From positions 22,320,001 through 22,384,000 of the forward strand of contig OZ024745.1 in the NCBI GenBank assembly GCA_964016885.1: a stretch of DNA of 64,000 bases, in the 5' to 3' direction. Shown in pieces: positions 1-12,211 of the stretch (within the stretch, counting starts at the first letter, position 1; every line of letters begins with the position of its first letter). The DNA is from Eledone cirrhosa (lineage: Eukaryota). The position numbers and the translations under genes were made by a program. A model generated the notes under the pieces. That model was not told the origin of the DNA and ran no database searches. It worked only from the letters and a program-made list of their open reading frames with translations.

Positions 1-3000
1 ATTTCAGTGGCTGTGATTGGCCTTTCGCAGCACTCCGCTTCGCCGCTCGAAAGACGCGGCAGACCGTCGAGGTATGGACTGAAGTCCACATCCCCGTCCG
101 GCCCCCCGCCCCCTCCGAACAGTCGAGCAAAGTGCCTTTGAAAGGCCTCGCACATCCGCTCAGGTTCAAGGATCACCTGTCCATCCTGGTCTCGCAAAGA
201 CCGAATGGTGAATTTAATCCCACTCTTGGCTTCTGTCACGCGGGCCCAGCTAACAGCTTTGGTCCCCTCGTTTCCTAAAGCACGTATTTTACTTCGGACA
301 ACGCAGCCTTCGTGCTTCGCGTCAAAGAACTGGCTCAACGCCGTTCTCGACGCTAACACTCTGGCTACGTCTCCGCTCCTAATCGCCTCTTCTAGTTTAT
401 CTGTTAACTCCCTTTCCCTCCTATTTCTATTCGCCGTTAGTTCCTTATTGTAACCTATCGAACTTACTTTAATCTCTCTCTTTAGAGATACCCACCACCT
501 GCTGTTGACGATCGCTCCCGTCAACCGCATCTTAACTAAGCTACTAATCCTGTTCCTGTAAGCTTCCTTTGCCGGCAAGGACAAGTTCATCTTCCAGTAA
601 CCGGGACTCTGTCTATGCGTTCTATCAAGGTTGACCACGCAGGTCACTAATTTGTGATCTGAATAGCCAACCATGAGCAATTCTGAACAACTAAATACGT
701 CCCTATCCTTACTCCTAACCAAAAACCTATCTAGGTACGATCTAGATTGACCACTGCGGTTTGCCCAGGTCCAGGTTGGCACAGTTGGAAAATCTAGTCG
801 AAATCTATCGACCAGGTCGAATCGATGGAGTAACCCCTTAAGGCTGCTACACCCCCCTCTATCGGGACATGCCCCTGCATAGTCCCAACGCGCATCTAGG
901 ATTCCATTCCAGTCCCCCACTAAAAGCAGGGAACGCGACGTACCTAGAAAAGTTTCCAGACGCTGGAAGAAGTCGGCTCTTTCAGTCCCGAAGGGGGCAT
1001 AAAGACCGACCAGTCTGAAAGCCCCGCCTTCACCGCCTCCGACGTCCAGAACCAGTAATCGACTCCCCGGGTCCGAGTGAACAATCTGTACGTCGAGAGC
1101 CAGACGTTTATCCAGCAGTACGGCAACCCCACCCCCACCTCCGGGTTGACAGAGAGATGCGTGCATCTCAAAGTCATCGAAGGTGGGAGCCAGCTGTCGC
1201 ACGCTGCTGATCCGACTCTCGCAAACAACCATCACATCTATACTTCGTGACCTGAGGTCACTTAGAAGCTTTGCTTGCTTCCAAGCTGAGCCCAGGCCAC
1301 GCGCATTCAAACAGCCAACTCTCAATTGATCTATTTTGGTGTTGAAAGTGAAGAAAGAAAAGCACCTACCTCTCCAGGTTGTGTAATTTCCATGGGGTCG
1401 GGTGTGTTGGGTGGAGGGATGTTTTGTGGTGGTGTGGGGGTATCCGAGTGTGGTGGGGTTGGGGTATTTGGAGTTGTGTCAGGGAGAGGGGAGGTTATGG
1501 GGAAATCTTTCAAGAGGACGCGATTTAACGGTTTTAAACAGGGAGGGGCTCACGTCCTGTTTAAATTGTTCTTTTAAGGAACGATAAAGGTCCAGAGGGA
1601 CCTTTATCATTTTTAAATGGATGAAGTTCTCTGTTGAGATTAAGTTTGGCCCTTCGGTCTGCACCAAAGGGCTATTGTTTATTAATTTAAACAGTTTTTT
1701 GTTTTCTTTATTTATATATGTGTATTGCAAAGTCTTTTTTTGTGATGCTGTCAATGTTTCGGAGAGGGGATGCGCAGATTTATTTTTGTTTGTCGAGGGT
1801 GGGGCGTTTTTGATTGGAGTTGGTGTTTGTGTGTGGGTTATTTGTGGTGTACTGGGTGTGTGCTTTCGTTTTTTTCTTTTAACTTGTCTGAAGGCTTCTC
1901 CTCCTTCTTCTTCAGAAGTTGGGGGAAACTCTTCAGCGCTAGGTGGGAGGGACGTGGTGTCTGGTTGTTGTTTTTTTGCGGGAGGGGTAGATTTGTTGCT
2001 GTTTTTTTTATTATTAGTTTGGAATGTGTTTTGTGGTGGTGGTGGTGATGTTTGTGTCGTGCTTGTGGTTGGTGATGGTGGTGGTGATGTTTGTGTTGTG
2101 GTTGGTGATGGTGGTGGTGATTTTTGTGTCGTGCTTGTGTTTTGTGCTGGTGGTGGTGATGTTTGTGTTGTGCTTGTGGTTGGTGGTGTCTGTATTTTGT
2201 TTGCTGTGTGTAGTATTAGTGTATTTTTGGAGGTGGGTGGTGTTTGTGTACTGTTTGTGGTGGGTGTGGGCAATAGTCCTTTTTGGAGGATACGATTCGG
2301 GCAGTTAGCCTTAACGTGTCCCCTTTCCGTGCATGAATAGCATGCTAGTCTTCTCCCCTCTACAATTATATATATTGGGGTGAGGTCATCCAGTCAGATG
2401 CGATCCGGGATTTGCGCTATTCTTTCGGGCCTCATTTGGACTAGTAGGTCGAGGCTCATTCACAGGAACGCATCTCCAGATGCCTTCCCCATTGACAGCA
2501 CTGTGTCCTCGCCCATGTCTATGAAGCCAGCAATAGCCCACCAGAAGTCCATTGTGGGCAGCATTGTCTGTATTTTGACTCTCTGAGTTCTTCTACCCAA
2601 GTAGGAGGAATAGAAACTGTATGCTGTTGATGAGAGTGGGCTTAGGGAGAGCCTCTGTGCTGTTTCCTTGTCTTTTTTTAAAACAGAAATGCTGCCATAG
2701 AGTCGGTCATTTCATATGAAGAGAATATTCTTCATATAGTCTTTTAGGACCAACTCTATCTCCATTTGGCTGGGCTGTGCTGGCTTTCTCGTGTGGTTTA
2801 GAATTGTTCTAAACAGAACAGTGTTTTCTAGTCTCGTTTTCTTGAATTCAGGGGGGGGGGGGATTAATGGAAAACATTCCGTTCTCCCCCAAGACTATGT
2901 GCTTTTTTGCTTCTGCCAGTTTCTCTCTGGCGGCAGTTAAGTCAATAGGTGTATATATTATAGATTTTTTTGTTGTCTGGGCGAAAGTTGCCTTGTTGTT

Positions 3001-3290
3001 TTTTGTATTCTTATTTTCTGTTTGTTTGCTTTCCGTTTGCTCATTTTCCGTAACATTTGTTTTTTCATTTTCCTTGTCTGTTTCGTTGTCTAGTTTTGTT
3101 GTATCCATTTTGTGTTCTTCAGACTTGGGGGCGTGGTAGAGCTAATGGCAGACATGTCTGCCATCTTTCCCGCCATGCGTCCAAGAAAGAAGTTTTACAG
3201 AAAAATAGTTATTTATTTTACCCCCTAAAAAGGGGGTAAATGTAAAAATGTTTCCCTAAATAACAGGGGTAAGTGTTCCAAATGTATTGC
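1..3290 (-). mobile_element. Tx1-clade (L1 group) non-LTR retrotransposon, degraded; 5' part (ORF1 and APE endonuclease start of ORF2), runs off the left window edge
   Basis: Minus strand encodes LRVGCLNARG..., LVGDWNGILD, RSYLDRF and PGYWKMN, collinear with ORF2 at 12212. ORF1 has a gag-type knuckle CYSCTERGHVKANC (about 2300-2345) and a Pro/Thr-rich tail. Several frameshifts; ORF2 start reads ATA. 5' boundary approximate. Confidence 0.9.
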
Positions 3291-3378
3291 ACTGAAAAAA
3301 TTCACTGGTACTTATTATAGTAAGGGTAAATTCCGATAGAATAGCAGAGCCGATGTGAAGCGTGTCTCACTCTATCAA

Positions 3379-5015
3379 GATAGATAGATAGACCAACAGA
3401 TAGACAGATAAACCAACAGATAGACAGATAAACCAACATATAGACAGATAGAGCAACATATAGACAGATAAACCAACAGATAAACAGATAAACCAACAGA
3501 TAGACAGATAGACCAACAGACAGACAGATAAACCAACAGATAGACAGATAAGCCAACAAATAGACAGATAGACCAACAGATAGACAGATAGACCAACAGA
3601 TAGACAGATAAACCAACAGATAGACAGATAGACCAACATATAGACAGATAGACCAACATATAGACAGATAGACAGATAGACCAACATATAGACAGATAGA
3701 CCAACAGATAGACAGATAAACCAACAGATAGACAGATAAACCAACATATAGGCAGATAGAGCAACATATAGACAGATAGACCAACAGACAGACAGATAAA
3801 CCAACAGATAGACAGATAGACCAACAGATAGACAGATAGACCAACAGATAGACAGATAGACCAACAGATAGACAGATAAACCACAGATAGACAGATAAAC
3901 CAACAGATAGACACATAGAGCAACATAAAGACAGATAGACCAACATAAAGACAGATAGACCAACAGACAGACAGATAGACCAACAGATAGACAGATAAAC
4001 CAACAGATAGACAGATAAACCAACAGATAGAGCAACATATAGACAGATAAACCAACAGATAGACAGATAAACCAACAGATAGACAGATAGACCAACAGAC
4101 AGACAGATAAACCAACAGATAGACAGATAAGCCAACAAATAGACAGATAGACCAACAGATAGACAGATAGACCAACAGATAGACAGATAAACCAACAGAT
4201 AGACAGATAGACCAACATATAGACAGATAGACCAACATATAGACAGATAGACAGATAGACCAACATATAGACAGATAGACCAACAGATAGACAGATAGAC
4301 CAACAGACAGACAGATAAACCAACAGATAGACAGATAGACCAACAGATAGTCAGATAGACCAACAGATAGACAGATAGACCAACAGATAGACAGATAAAC
4401 CACAGATAGACAGATAAACCAACAGATAGACAGATAGAGCAACATAAAGACAGATAGACGAACAGACAGACAGATAGACCAACAGACAGACAGATAGACC
4501 AACAGATAGACAGATAAACCAACAGATAGACAGATAAACCAACAGATAGAGCAACATATAGACAGATAGAGAAACATATAGACAGATAGACCAACAGATA
4601 GACAGATAGACCAACATATAGACAGATATAGCAACATATAGACAGATAGACCAACAGATAGACAGATAGACCAGCATATAGACAGATAGAGCAACATATA
4701 GACAGATAAACCAACAGACAGACAGATAGACCAACAGATAGACAGATAGACCAACATATAGACAGATAGACCAACAGATAGACAGATAGACCAACAGATA
4801 GACATATAGACCAACAGATAGACATATAGAGCAACAGATAGACAGATAGACCAACATATAGACAGATAGACCAACAGATAGACAGATAGACCAACAGATA
4901 GACAGATAGACCAACATATAGACAGATAGACCAACATATAGACAGATAAACCAACAGACAGACAGATAGACCAACAAATAGACAGATAGAGCAACAGATA
5001 GACAGATAGAGCAAC
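3379..5015. repeat. 20-bp minisatellite (TAGACAGATAGACCAACAGA)n with an internal higher-order duplication
   Basis: About 80 units. Rare variants (agccaacaaa at 3551/4130; ccacagatag at 3881/4400) recur about 520-580 bp apart. The long LSVGLSVY ORFs here are artefacts. Confidence 0.95.
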
Positions 5016-5174
5016 AACAGAAGTGAGACAATCATTCCTGATAGATTTACAAACAGTATACAGGTGTAGTGATATCGATGAGTGTGCGGTCACAAGGTGC
5101 ATTTATAATAGACGCTAAATTCATGCGGTGAGATTATCCGATCATTAAGCATACTGATCAATACAGTAAATATA

Positions 5175-6043
5175 CAACAACAACAACAACAACACAAACA
5201 ACCAGCTACAATAACAACAATAAGTGTAATAACGAAATCAGCCAGCTACAACAACAGCAACAACAAAAGCAGCCAGCTACAACAACGACAACAAAAGCAG
5301 CCAGCTACAAAATCAACAAGTACAACAACAAAATCAGCCAGCTACAACAACAGCAACAACAAAAGCAGCCAGCTACAACAAAAACAACAAGTACAACACA
5401 AACAACCAGCTACAACAAATACAACCCACAACAACAATAAAAACAAACCACAACAACAACACCAAATACAGCAACAACAAAAACAACCCACAACAACAAC
5501 ACCAAGTACTACAACAACAAAAACAATCCACAACAACGCCAAGTACTACAACAAAAACAACCCACTACAACAACAACAGTAAGTACTACAACAACAAAAA
5601 CAACCCACTACGACAACAACAACAGTAAGTACTACAACAACAAAAACAACCCTCTACAACAACAACAACAGTAAGTACTACAACAACAAAAACAACCCTC
5701 TACAACAACAACAACAGTAAGTACTACAACAACAAAAACAACCCTCTACAACAACAACAACAGTAAGTACTACAACAACAAAAACAACCCTCTACAACAA
5801 CAACAGTAAGTACTACAACAACAAAAACAACCCTCCACAACAACAACAGTAAGTACTACAACAGTAAAACAACTATAACTAGTAGTAGAAAGTGTACTAA
5901 CATCAACTAGAGGATCAATATTTACAGTATTGACTGTAACATCAAGAAGATGAACATTAACAGGAAAATCCTGTCATTAATCAAGAAGTTTAAAGTACAC
6001 GCAATGGAGCCTTGACAACAACAACAACAACTACTACTACTAT

Positions 6044-6106
<63 letters not shown>
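5175..6106. repeat. (CAA)-rich low-complexity tract with a ~46-bp tandem unit (5503-5866) and (ACT)n (6030-6106)
   Basis: Repeated aagtactacaacaacaaaaacaaccctctacaacaacaacaacagt, then (ACT)n. Confidence 0.9.
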
Positions 6107-6357
6107 ATTGATATTAGGAATAAAACATCAACAAAAACAAAAACACCAACATTTTAACAAATCTAATTATAGCAAGTTATATGATGAAAAGTATGCATGT
6201 ATGTATAATATATAAATATATATATATGTATTTATATATAAATAAATATATATATGTGTTAATATAAATATATATATATTTTATATTATGAAAATATTTG
6301 CTTGTTGTATCCCAACAATTTAAATAGAACTTTTGCATATATATATATATATATATA

Positions 6358-6740
6358 TATTGGTAAAGGGAAAAGAAAATGCTGACAAATTGTTCCCAGT
6401 GAAAAATAGTTTAATTAGGAATAAGTAAAAATTAGTAATAAGTATTGGTTAGTGTTCAGTTTTAGTTTTAAGTTTTTACCGGTTGCGCATTTCTAATGCT
6501 TTTCAAAAATAATGTTGAGATAGAGCGCCCGTGATGTTTGCTCTAATCAGATTAGAGAAAACATCACGGGCGCTCTATCTCAAAATTATTTTTGAACAGC
6601 ATTATAAATGCGCAACCGGTAAAAACTTAAAACTAAAACTGAATACTAACCAATACTTATTACTAATTTTTACTTATTCCTAATTAAACTTTTATTCACT
6701 GGGAACAATTTGTCAGCATTTTCTTTTCCTTTTACCAATA
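6358..6740. repeat. ~380-bp fold-back palindrome next to (TA)n, probable inverted Penelope pLTR pair
   Basis: Arms of about 190 bp are near-perfect reverse complements, centred at ctctaatcagattagag (about 6549). Carries a degenerate GAAA-TGCGCA HHR-like 3' motif. Confidence 0.85.
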
Positions 6741-6879
6741 TATCACAACTCGTGTGTTACACCTCTATTCAGGTTCAGCTACCCCTTCCCGCCACAAATT
6801 GCCATGATAGAACTATTATGTCTCAATAACAAACTTTTGACCAATCCTTGTGACAATCACTTTTACCATATATGGAATT

Positions 6880-6975
6880 ACCCCTTGAGAAGCTCGGCTA
6901 TTCAAATACCAGGATAAAAATGTTCATTTAGTCCAGAATTAGCCGTCGAAACGGCTTGAGCTCAGCTGTCGGGGT
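6880..6975 (+). ncRNA. Type I hammerhead ribozyme motif, U3-A8 variant, probably degenerate
   Basis: Stem I ACCCC/GGGGU; core UUGAGAA (6885-6891); stem II ..CGGCUA/UAGCCG..; GAAA 6948-6951; stem III CGGC/GCUG around UUGAGCUCA; cleavage GUC. Confidence 0.65.
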
Positions 6976-7071
6976 CCTACTCGTTCCTATATATATATAT
7001 AATCAAGGTCTAGCAAATAGAGAAAAAGTTTTAAAATAAATTTTAAAAAATTCGCAGTACTTACTATATGT

Positions 7072-7153
7072 GCCTTTACCGCGGTTTCATGCTCCAGAAT
7101 AAACGGAAAATCCAAGCGGATTTCCATTGAGAAGGGAGCAATCTTCAGAAGGC
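7072..7153 (-). ncRNA. Type I hammerhead ribozyme (tandem copy 1)
   Basis: Minus strand: GCCUU-CUGAAGA-uUGCUCC...GGAGCAu-GAAA-CCGCGG-UA^AAGGC. Perfect stem I and palindromic stem III. Confidence 0.85.
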
Positions 7154-7557
7154 TCTTCTCCCTCGTAGAATATAAAATTCCAGAGTTTAAATCACAAACT
7201 GAAGCCATACAAAACCATTCCGAAATGAGAGCGAATAATGGAAGAAATATTTCTGTCTGGTGCCGTGTGCAAAGACAAAAGCAAGGTGGACAGGTCAATG
7301 TCCTACCACTAGAAATAACAGCAGTCCAAACGGCCAAAATTTTATTTCTACCTTAGGGGTAGATCAATAATAATAAAATGTGAATTCCTACGTGTAAAAA
7401 ATATATATAGGGAAACAAGTGTTATCCAACCGTATGCCAATGTGGTTCTATGGCGGGTTAATAAATTAACAAGCCAGAACATATAAAATCAGGGTCTAGC
7501 AAATAGAGAAAAAGTTTTAAAATAAATTTTAAAAAATTCGCAGTACTAACTATATGT

Positions 7558-7639
7558 GCCTTTACCGCGGTTTCATGCTCCAGAATAAACGGAAAATCCA
7601 AGCGGATTTCCATTGAGAAGGGAGCAATCTTCAGAAGGC
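7558..7639 (-). ncRNA. Type I hammerhead ribozyme (tandem copy 2)
   Basis: Identical in sequence to 7072-7153. Confidence 0.85.
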
Positions 7640-7877
7640 TCTTCTCCCTCGGAGAATATAAAATTCCCGAGTTCAAATCACAAAATGACGCCATACCGAA
7701 ATGAGAGCGAATGATGGAAGAAATAACTCTGTCTAGTGCCGTCTGCATCGACAAAAGGCAGGGTGGACAGGTTAATGTCCTACCACTAGAAATAGCAGCA
7801 GTCCAAACGGCCAAAATTTTATCTCTACCTTAGGGGGAGATCAATAATAATAAAGTATGAATTCCTACGTGTAAAAA

Positions 7878-7980
<103 letters not shown>

Positions 7981-8110
7981 CAAAGAGATATTTATTTTGT
8001 TGGTTATTCAACAAATTTATTTATAACAGATTCGAAGCACTCTACAGTTTCTTCTGGAGTATACTATCAATGATATTAATAAATTGAAACTATCTTTATA
8101 AAAGCATATT

Positions 8111-8171
8111 TATTTTATTATATATATTTCAAGAGCACCAACATTTTGGTACGCTCTCATCAGATAAAATA
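8111..8171 (-). ncRNA. Type I hammerhead ribozyme
   Basis: UAUUUUAU-CUGAUGA-GAGCGUACCAA(aaug)UUGGUGCUCUU-GAAA-UAUAUA-UA^AUAAAAUA. Confidence 0.8.
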
Positions 8172-8199
8172 CAAAAGTTGTTTTATAAATCAACTTTTG

Positions 8200-8260
8200 T
8201 ATTTTATCTGATGAGGGCGTACCAAAATGTTGGCACCCTTGAAATATATATAATAAAATA
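8200..8260 (+). ncRNA. Type I hammerhead ribozyme
   Basis: CUGAUGA 8208-8214, GAAA 8241-8244, 8-bp stem I, palindromic stem III; stem II has two mismatches. Confidence 0.75.
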
Positions 8261-8431
8261 AATATAGTTTTATAAAGATAGTTTCCATTTATTAATATCA
8301 TTGCCAGAGAAACGATTGTAATATGTCCAATAAATTCCATTCGTCTTTTGTTCAACACTGACAAAGGAACGATGTATTAGTTTCAAGCTTATTAGCTATC
8401 GACAGCACCGTATACCTTCCTGCCAGATGTT

Positions 8432-8835
8432 TGAACGTCTGAAAGTATATACTTTCCTTATGCTTATTAACGGCTGAGCAGCCTAATAAAAGAGCAACGA
8501 TGGTTGCTAAACACTGTACGACTTAATTCGGGATGTTTGTTTACAAACACACCGAGCATTATAATAAATGTTCGGTAAATGCATACGTACATATATATAT
8601 ATTTGTGCATGTATGTATACATATACATACTACTGTACGTCTGTATACATATATGTATGTACGTATACATACTTATATTTAAGTAACAGCCGTACTAAGT
8701 GTGAGAAATGAAATTTCGTTTCATTTTGTCCGTTTATCGTTTTCGGTGCGCCTGGCCGATTAACTCACTCGATATGCAAATTAGGCTGCTCAGCCGTTAA
8801 TATGCATAAGGAAAGTATATACTTTCATACGTTCA
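8432..8835. mobile_element. MITE-like element with ~55-bp terminal inverted repeats
   Basis: tgaacgtctgaaagtatatactttccttatgcttattaacggctgagcagcctaat (8432-8487) is inverted at 8780-8835. Confidence 0.6.
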
Positions 8836-9595
8836 TATATATATATATGTGTGTGTGTGTGTGCGTGTGTGTATGTGTGTGTGTGTAAAAGGTAAACGGA
8901 AATAACAACAAAATATATGGAAGGAATATATTAGGTTAACGCTTGAAATAGCAGGAAGAGGGTCTTAACGTTTCGGGCGCTATTTTTTCATCTGAAGAAA
9001 GAGTGAGAAATTAGAAAGATGGAAGAGAGAGGCGGGGTGGAATTGGGAAAAATGTTTTTATAGAAAAATAACAGGTCCATTAAGTAAAATGCTGATGCGA
9101 CATGAATCGTTTATTCCTAATAATTATTTCAATGGTTCTCTTATGCAATCCATGATGTAATTTATGCATTTGTTGTTAAGAGAACGGTATCTTCAGATAA
9201 ATATTCGATTTTATGATATGCCGCAGGCAAAAGACACATCCTTCTTCTTGTGTGCCTGGCTGACATATGAGTTCCTAAAGGGTCGTCCCTGCTGTTGTGT
9301 TTACAATTTGTGGAGCGAGGTGTTATCTATTTGTCTATTAGTGAATCTGGTCTCATGTACCTACCACAGATTTGTGGTCATGAATTATCAAAGGTATATC
9401 TTTCCCAACCATGAGTTAGGCCGGCACTAGACATTAGTCTATACGTAGGTAGATTTCATCAGATAGTAATAAAAGAGATTTTGAGGGTGGGCGATATATA
9501 TATATATAACGAAGGAAGTGTGGTAAGGAACCAGGTGGACCATAACGCACCAGAGTACTCGATACTTTGGGTAGTAGAGTGGGTAATATGACTAT

Positions 9596-9689
<94 letters not shown>

Positions 9690-9690
<1 letters not shown>

Positions 9691-9972
9691 ATAAATTCGC
9701 CTGAAGATAGATATCAAATAAATTAATCTCCGTAAGGATTGGTGGGGTACCTGAGTCACCCCAGGGTCGTCCACCCCCTATCGGGGAATTTATTTTGTTA
9801 TATTTATGCATAGTTTATTTTATATTTTTTATATCTTCATTGTAAAATTAGTCTTGCCATTGTGCACTTTTACTCGACCTTATTGTAAACCCCCACTGTC
9901 GCTGTCTTTGTATTTTACCCTACATGTCGGCCCCTGTGGCCAATAAATGAAATCATTATTATTATTATTATT
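9690..9972 (+). mobile_element. 3' UTR remnant of a Tx1-like LINE ending in an (ATT)n tail
   Basis: ccccctatcggggaatt...cccctgtggccaataaatgaaatc(att)n resembles 15740-15900 of the downstream element. Confidence 0.75.
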
Positions 9973-10180
9973 GGCGACCTACGTAGTAAATCGTATCATC
10001 GTGAGCTCCGCAAAGGTTTGTTATTTCCGTTTGTTAAAAATTGTCATTTATGGAAAATTTTATTGTTAACTGTTTATAAGCGCACATACATTGTTTTCCG
10101 AAAAGGACACCCAAAAAGATTGGGGCCTTGTGCCCAAAATTTAAACTTTTATTATTATCAAAAAAACTTCTTTGAAAAAA

Positions 10181-12177
10181 ATGGCTAATTCACCTCTGCA
10201 CGAAGCAGCTGAAAGCCTTCCTCACAAATTAACACCTCACACCGACACCACCATTGTAAATGTTACTACGTTTGCCAATACAAAAAAAAATATAAGCACT
10301 AGCAATATTTTAAATTTGTCTCAGGCAGACATTCATTTCCCGCCATTACCAATGACTGCAGGTGTTAAAGCCTCCACCACCACCACCACCGCGACAACCA
10401 CCACCACCACCACCACCGCGACAACAGAAACAAAAGAAGAAAAAAATAAATTAACTCGTGATGTCGAAATGAAATCAAGCAAAATGGACTCTTCCCCACC
10501 AAAGACGACTGACGTCACCACCACTACAACTGAAACTAAAATTAATATTAACGATAGCAACAACAACAACAATGACATTATAAACCCCCCCCCCCTCAGT
10601 TTCGCCAGAGTAGCAAAACAGTTCGAAGCATTTACGGTAACTCAGGAGGATTTAGAAAATGCCAAACAAATGGTAAAGAAAGATGGGTACAGGGTCAGCC
10701 TCACCCCCCTCCCCACACACCTAATAAAATGGAACATCGGCGCCTATGCACCGTGTCGTATAGAACAATAAATGTAAAATCGCGCCGAGTGGAACGGGCA
10801 TCCGAGTCCCAAATCCAAAAAGCTTTGGGACATGTGTGGGCAAGAAAAACCCACATCAGACGTGGGCAAAAGTATGGAACCGTGGACGTGTTCTTTGAAA
10901 CACCACAGGAGGCTAGAGAACACTCCATGGCCCCATTAAGAAGTGACGACTTCACACTCGTCCCAAGCAATTGTGGCCAGAGACTCGTAAAGATCAGGGT
11001 GACCCACGTTCCACCGGCGATCGAAATTCCCTGGCTAATAGCGGCTGTCCTCGCCGGCATTGAAGCCAACACGAAAATAATAGCAATAGCAAAAGAAAAG
11101 CAGGAGAACTGGTCCGGATCTGGGATGGAGCTCCTGATCCAAGCGGACCAAAAAAGCATTGAGGAGATCCCAGAGGTAATAGACCTCACTGACGGCAGCC
11201 ACCTCACGGTAATTGTCGAGGGCAGAAGACCTAGGTGTGTCGTTTGTGGTGAAGGAACCCACCTAAGGGCTTTCTGCCCTCAGGCTAAAAGGTTGAGGCC
11301 ACCTCTCCTACCCACTCCAGTGCCGCAACCATCAACACCACCAGTAGCAGAGATGGCAGCAACAACTGTAGCAGCAACAACAGAAGCAACTATAACAGCA
11401 ACAACCCCAGCAACAGTAGCAAAACCAACACCACCACCACCACCAGCAAAACCAACACCACCACCACCCAACGCTTCAGAACTAGCACCAGCGCCTACAC
11501 CATCCACCACGCCACAACCAAAATTAACGGCTGTGGAGGATTTTCCACTCCCCGGCCTATCACAACTGGAGACAGATTGTGACGACGAGGAGTGGGAAAC
11601 GATATCCGGAAAAAAAAAAAGAAACCAAAAAAGAAAAAATTCTCTTCCTTCCCCCTCCAAAAACAAAATACAGAGAGAAACAAATAAATTAAGAAACAAA
11701 AAAGTTAGGACAGATATGCCACCATCCACACCAGCATCACCAACCCCATCAACCCAAACACCAACACCATCACCATCATTAACCCCAACACCACCATCAC
11801 CTACACCACAAAAGTCACCAAAATGCGAAACAGAAACAAACCCACAACAAACGCAAACAAAACAAAACAACCAAAACGATACACACTACACAGCATTAAA
11901 TTTGAACAACAAGCAATTATTACACTACATCCAACACAACACCAGCATCACAGAAAAAGACTACACAACAACCCCAAAATTCACACCACCTCCACACATA
12001 CAAATCACTCGCATCACACAGAAAACGTACATGACACTAAAACAAAAATTCCCCAAAGACATCGGAGACTTCCGACAAGCACTCTCCAGGAGGATTTATA
12101 AGGACATCCTTCCTGAGGAGGCCACAAGCAGTGAAAAGGATGGAAAAACCGTCCTTCCCCTACGAGAAGTAAGGTAA
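10181..12177 (+). pseudogene. Tx1 ORF1 (gag-like zinc-knuckle protein), split by one frameshift near 10700-10730
   Basis: ORFs 10172-10771 and 10729-12177; CX2CX4HX4C knuckle CVVCGEGTHLRAFC; SFARVA motif; Pro/Thr-rich C-terminus. Confidence 0.85.
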
Positions 12178-12211
12178 GTGGTCTTTCCCATCTTTTCCAC
12201 TCCTTTTCAAC

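Larger units (their letters stand above)
8068..8303. repeat. Fold-back palindrome carrying two divergent hammerhead motifs
   Basis: Arms of about 115 bp centred at about 8185. Confidence 0.9.

Noticed and set aside
3145-3240. Short palindromes (atggcagacatgtctgccat; tttaccccct/agggggtaaa) at the Tx1 5' end
   Set aside because: Not present in the second Tx1 copy; no evidence of function.
3302-5102. 575-aa hydrophobic ORFs, and the many YIYI/VCVC/THTH/poly-T ORFs elsewhere
   Set aside because: Translations of minisatellites and microsatellites.
6987-7814. Duplicated 116/118-aa ORFs in the tandem repeat
   Set aside because: TTG starts, a frame change between copies in the N-terminal part and no recognisable domain; the conserved part is explained by the ribozyme.
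8960-9000. Further HHR-like fragments (8960-9000 minus, 27150-27250, 36411, 44915-44970, 47070)
   Set aside because: Core mutated or stems cannot be closed; probably decayed pLTRs but not supportable individually.
10695-10730. Both Tx1 ORF1s are frameshifted at the same C-rich spot (also 2848-2862), suggesting programmed frameshifting
   Set aside because: The required shifts differ (-1 here, +1 in the other copy) and both sit in C runs; homopolymer indels are the simpler explanation.
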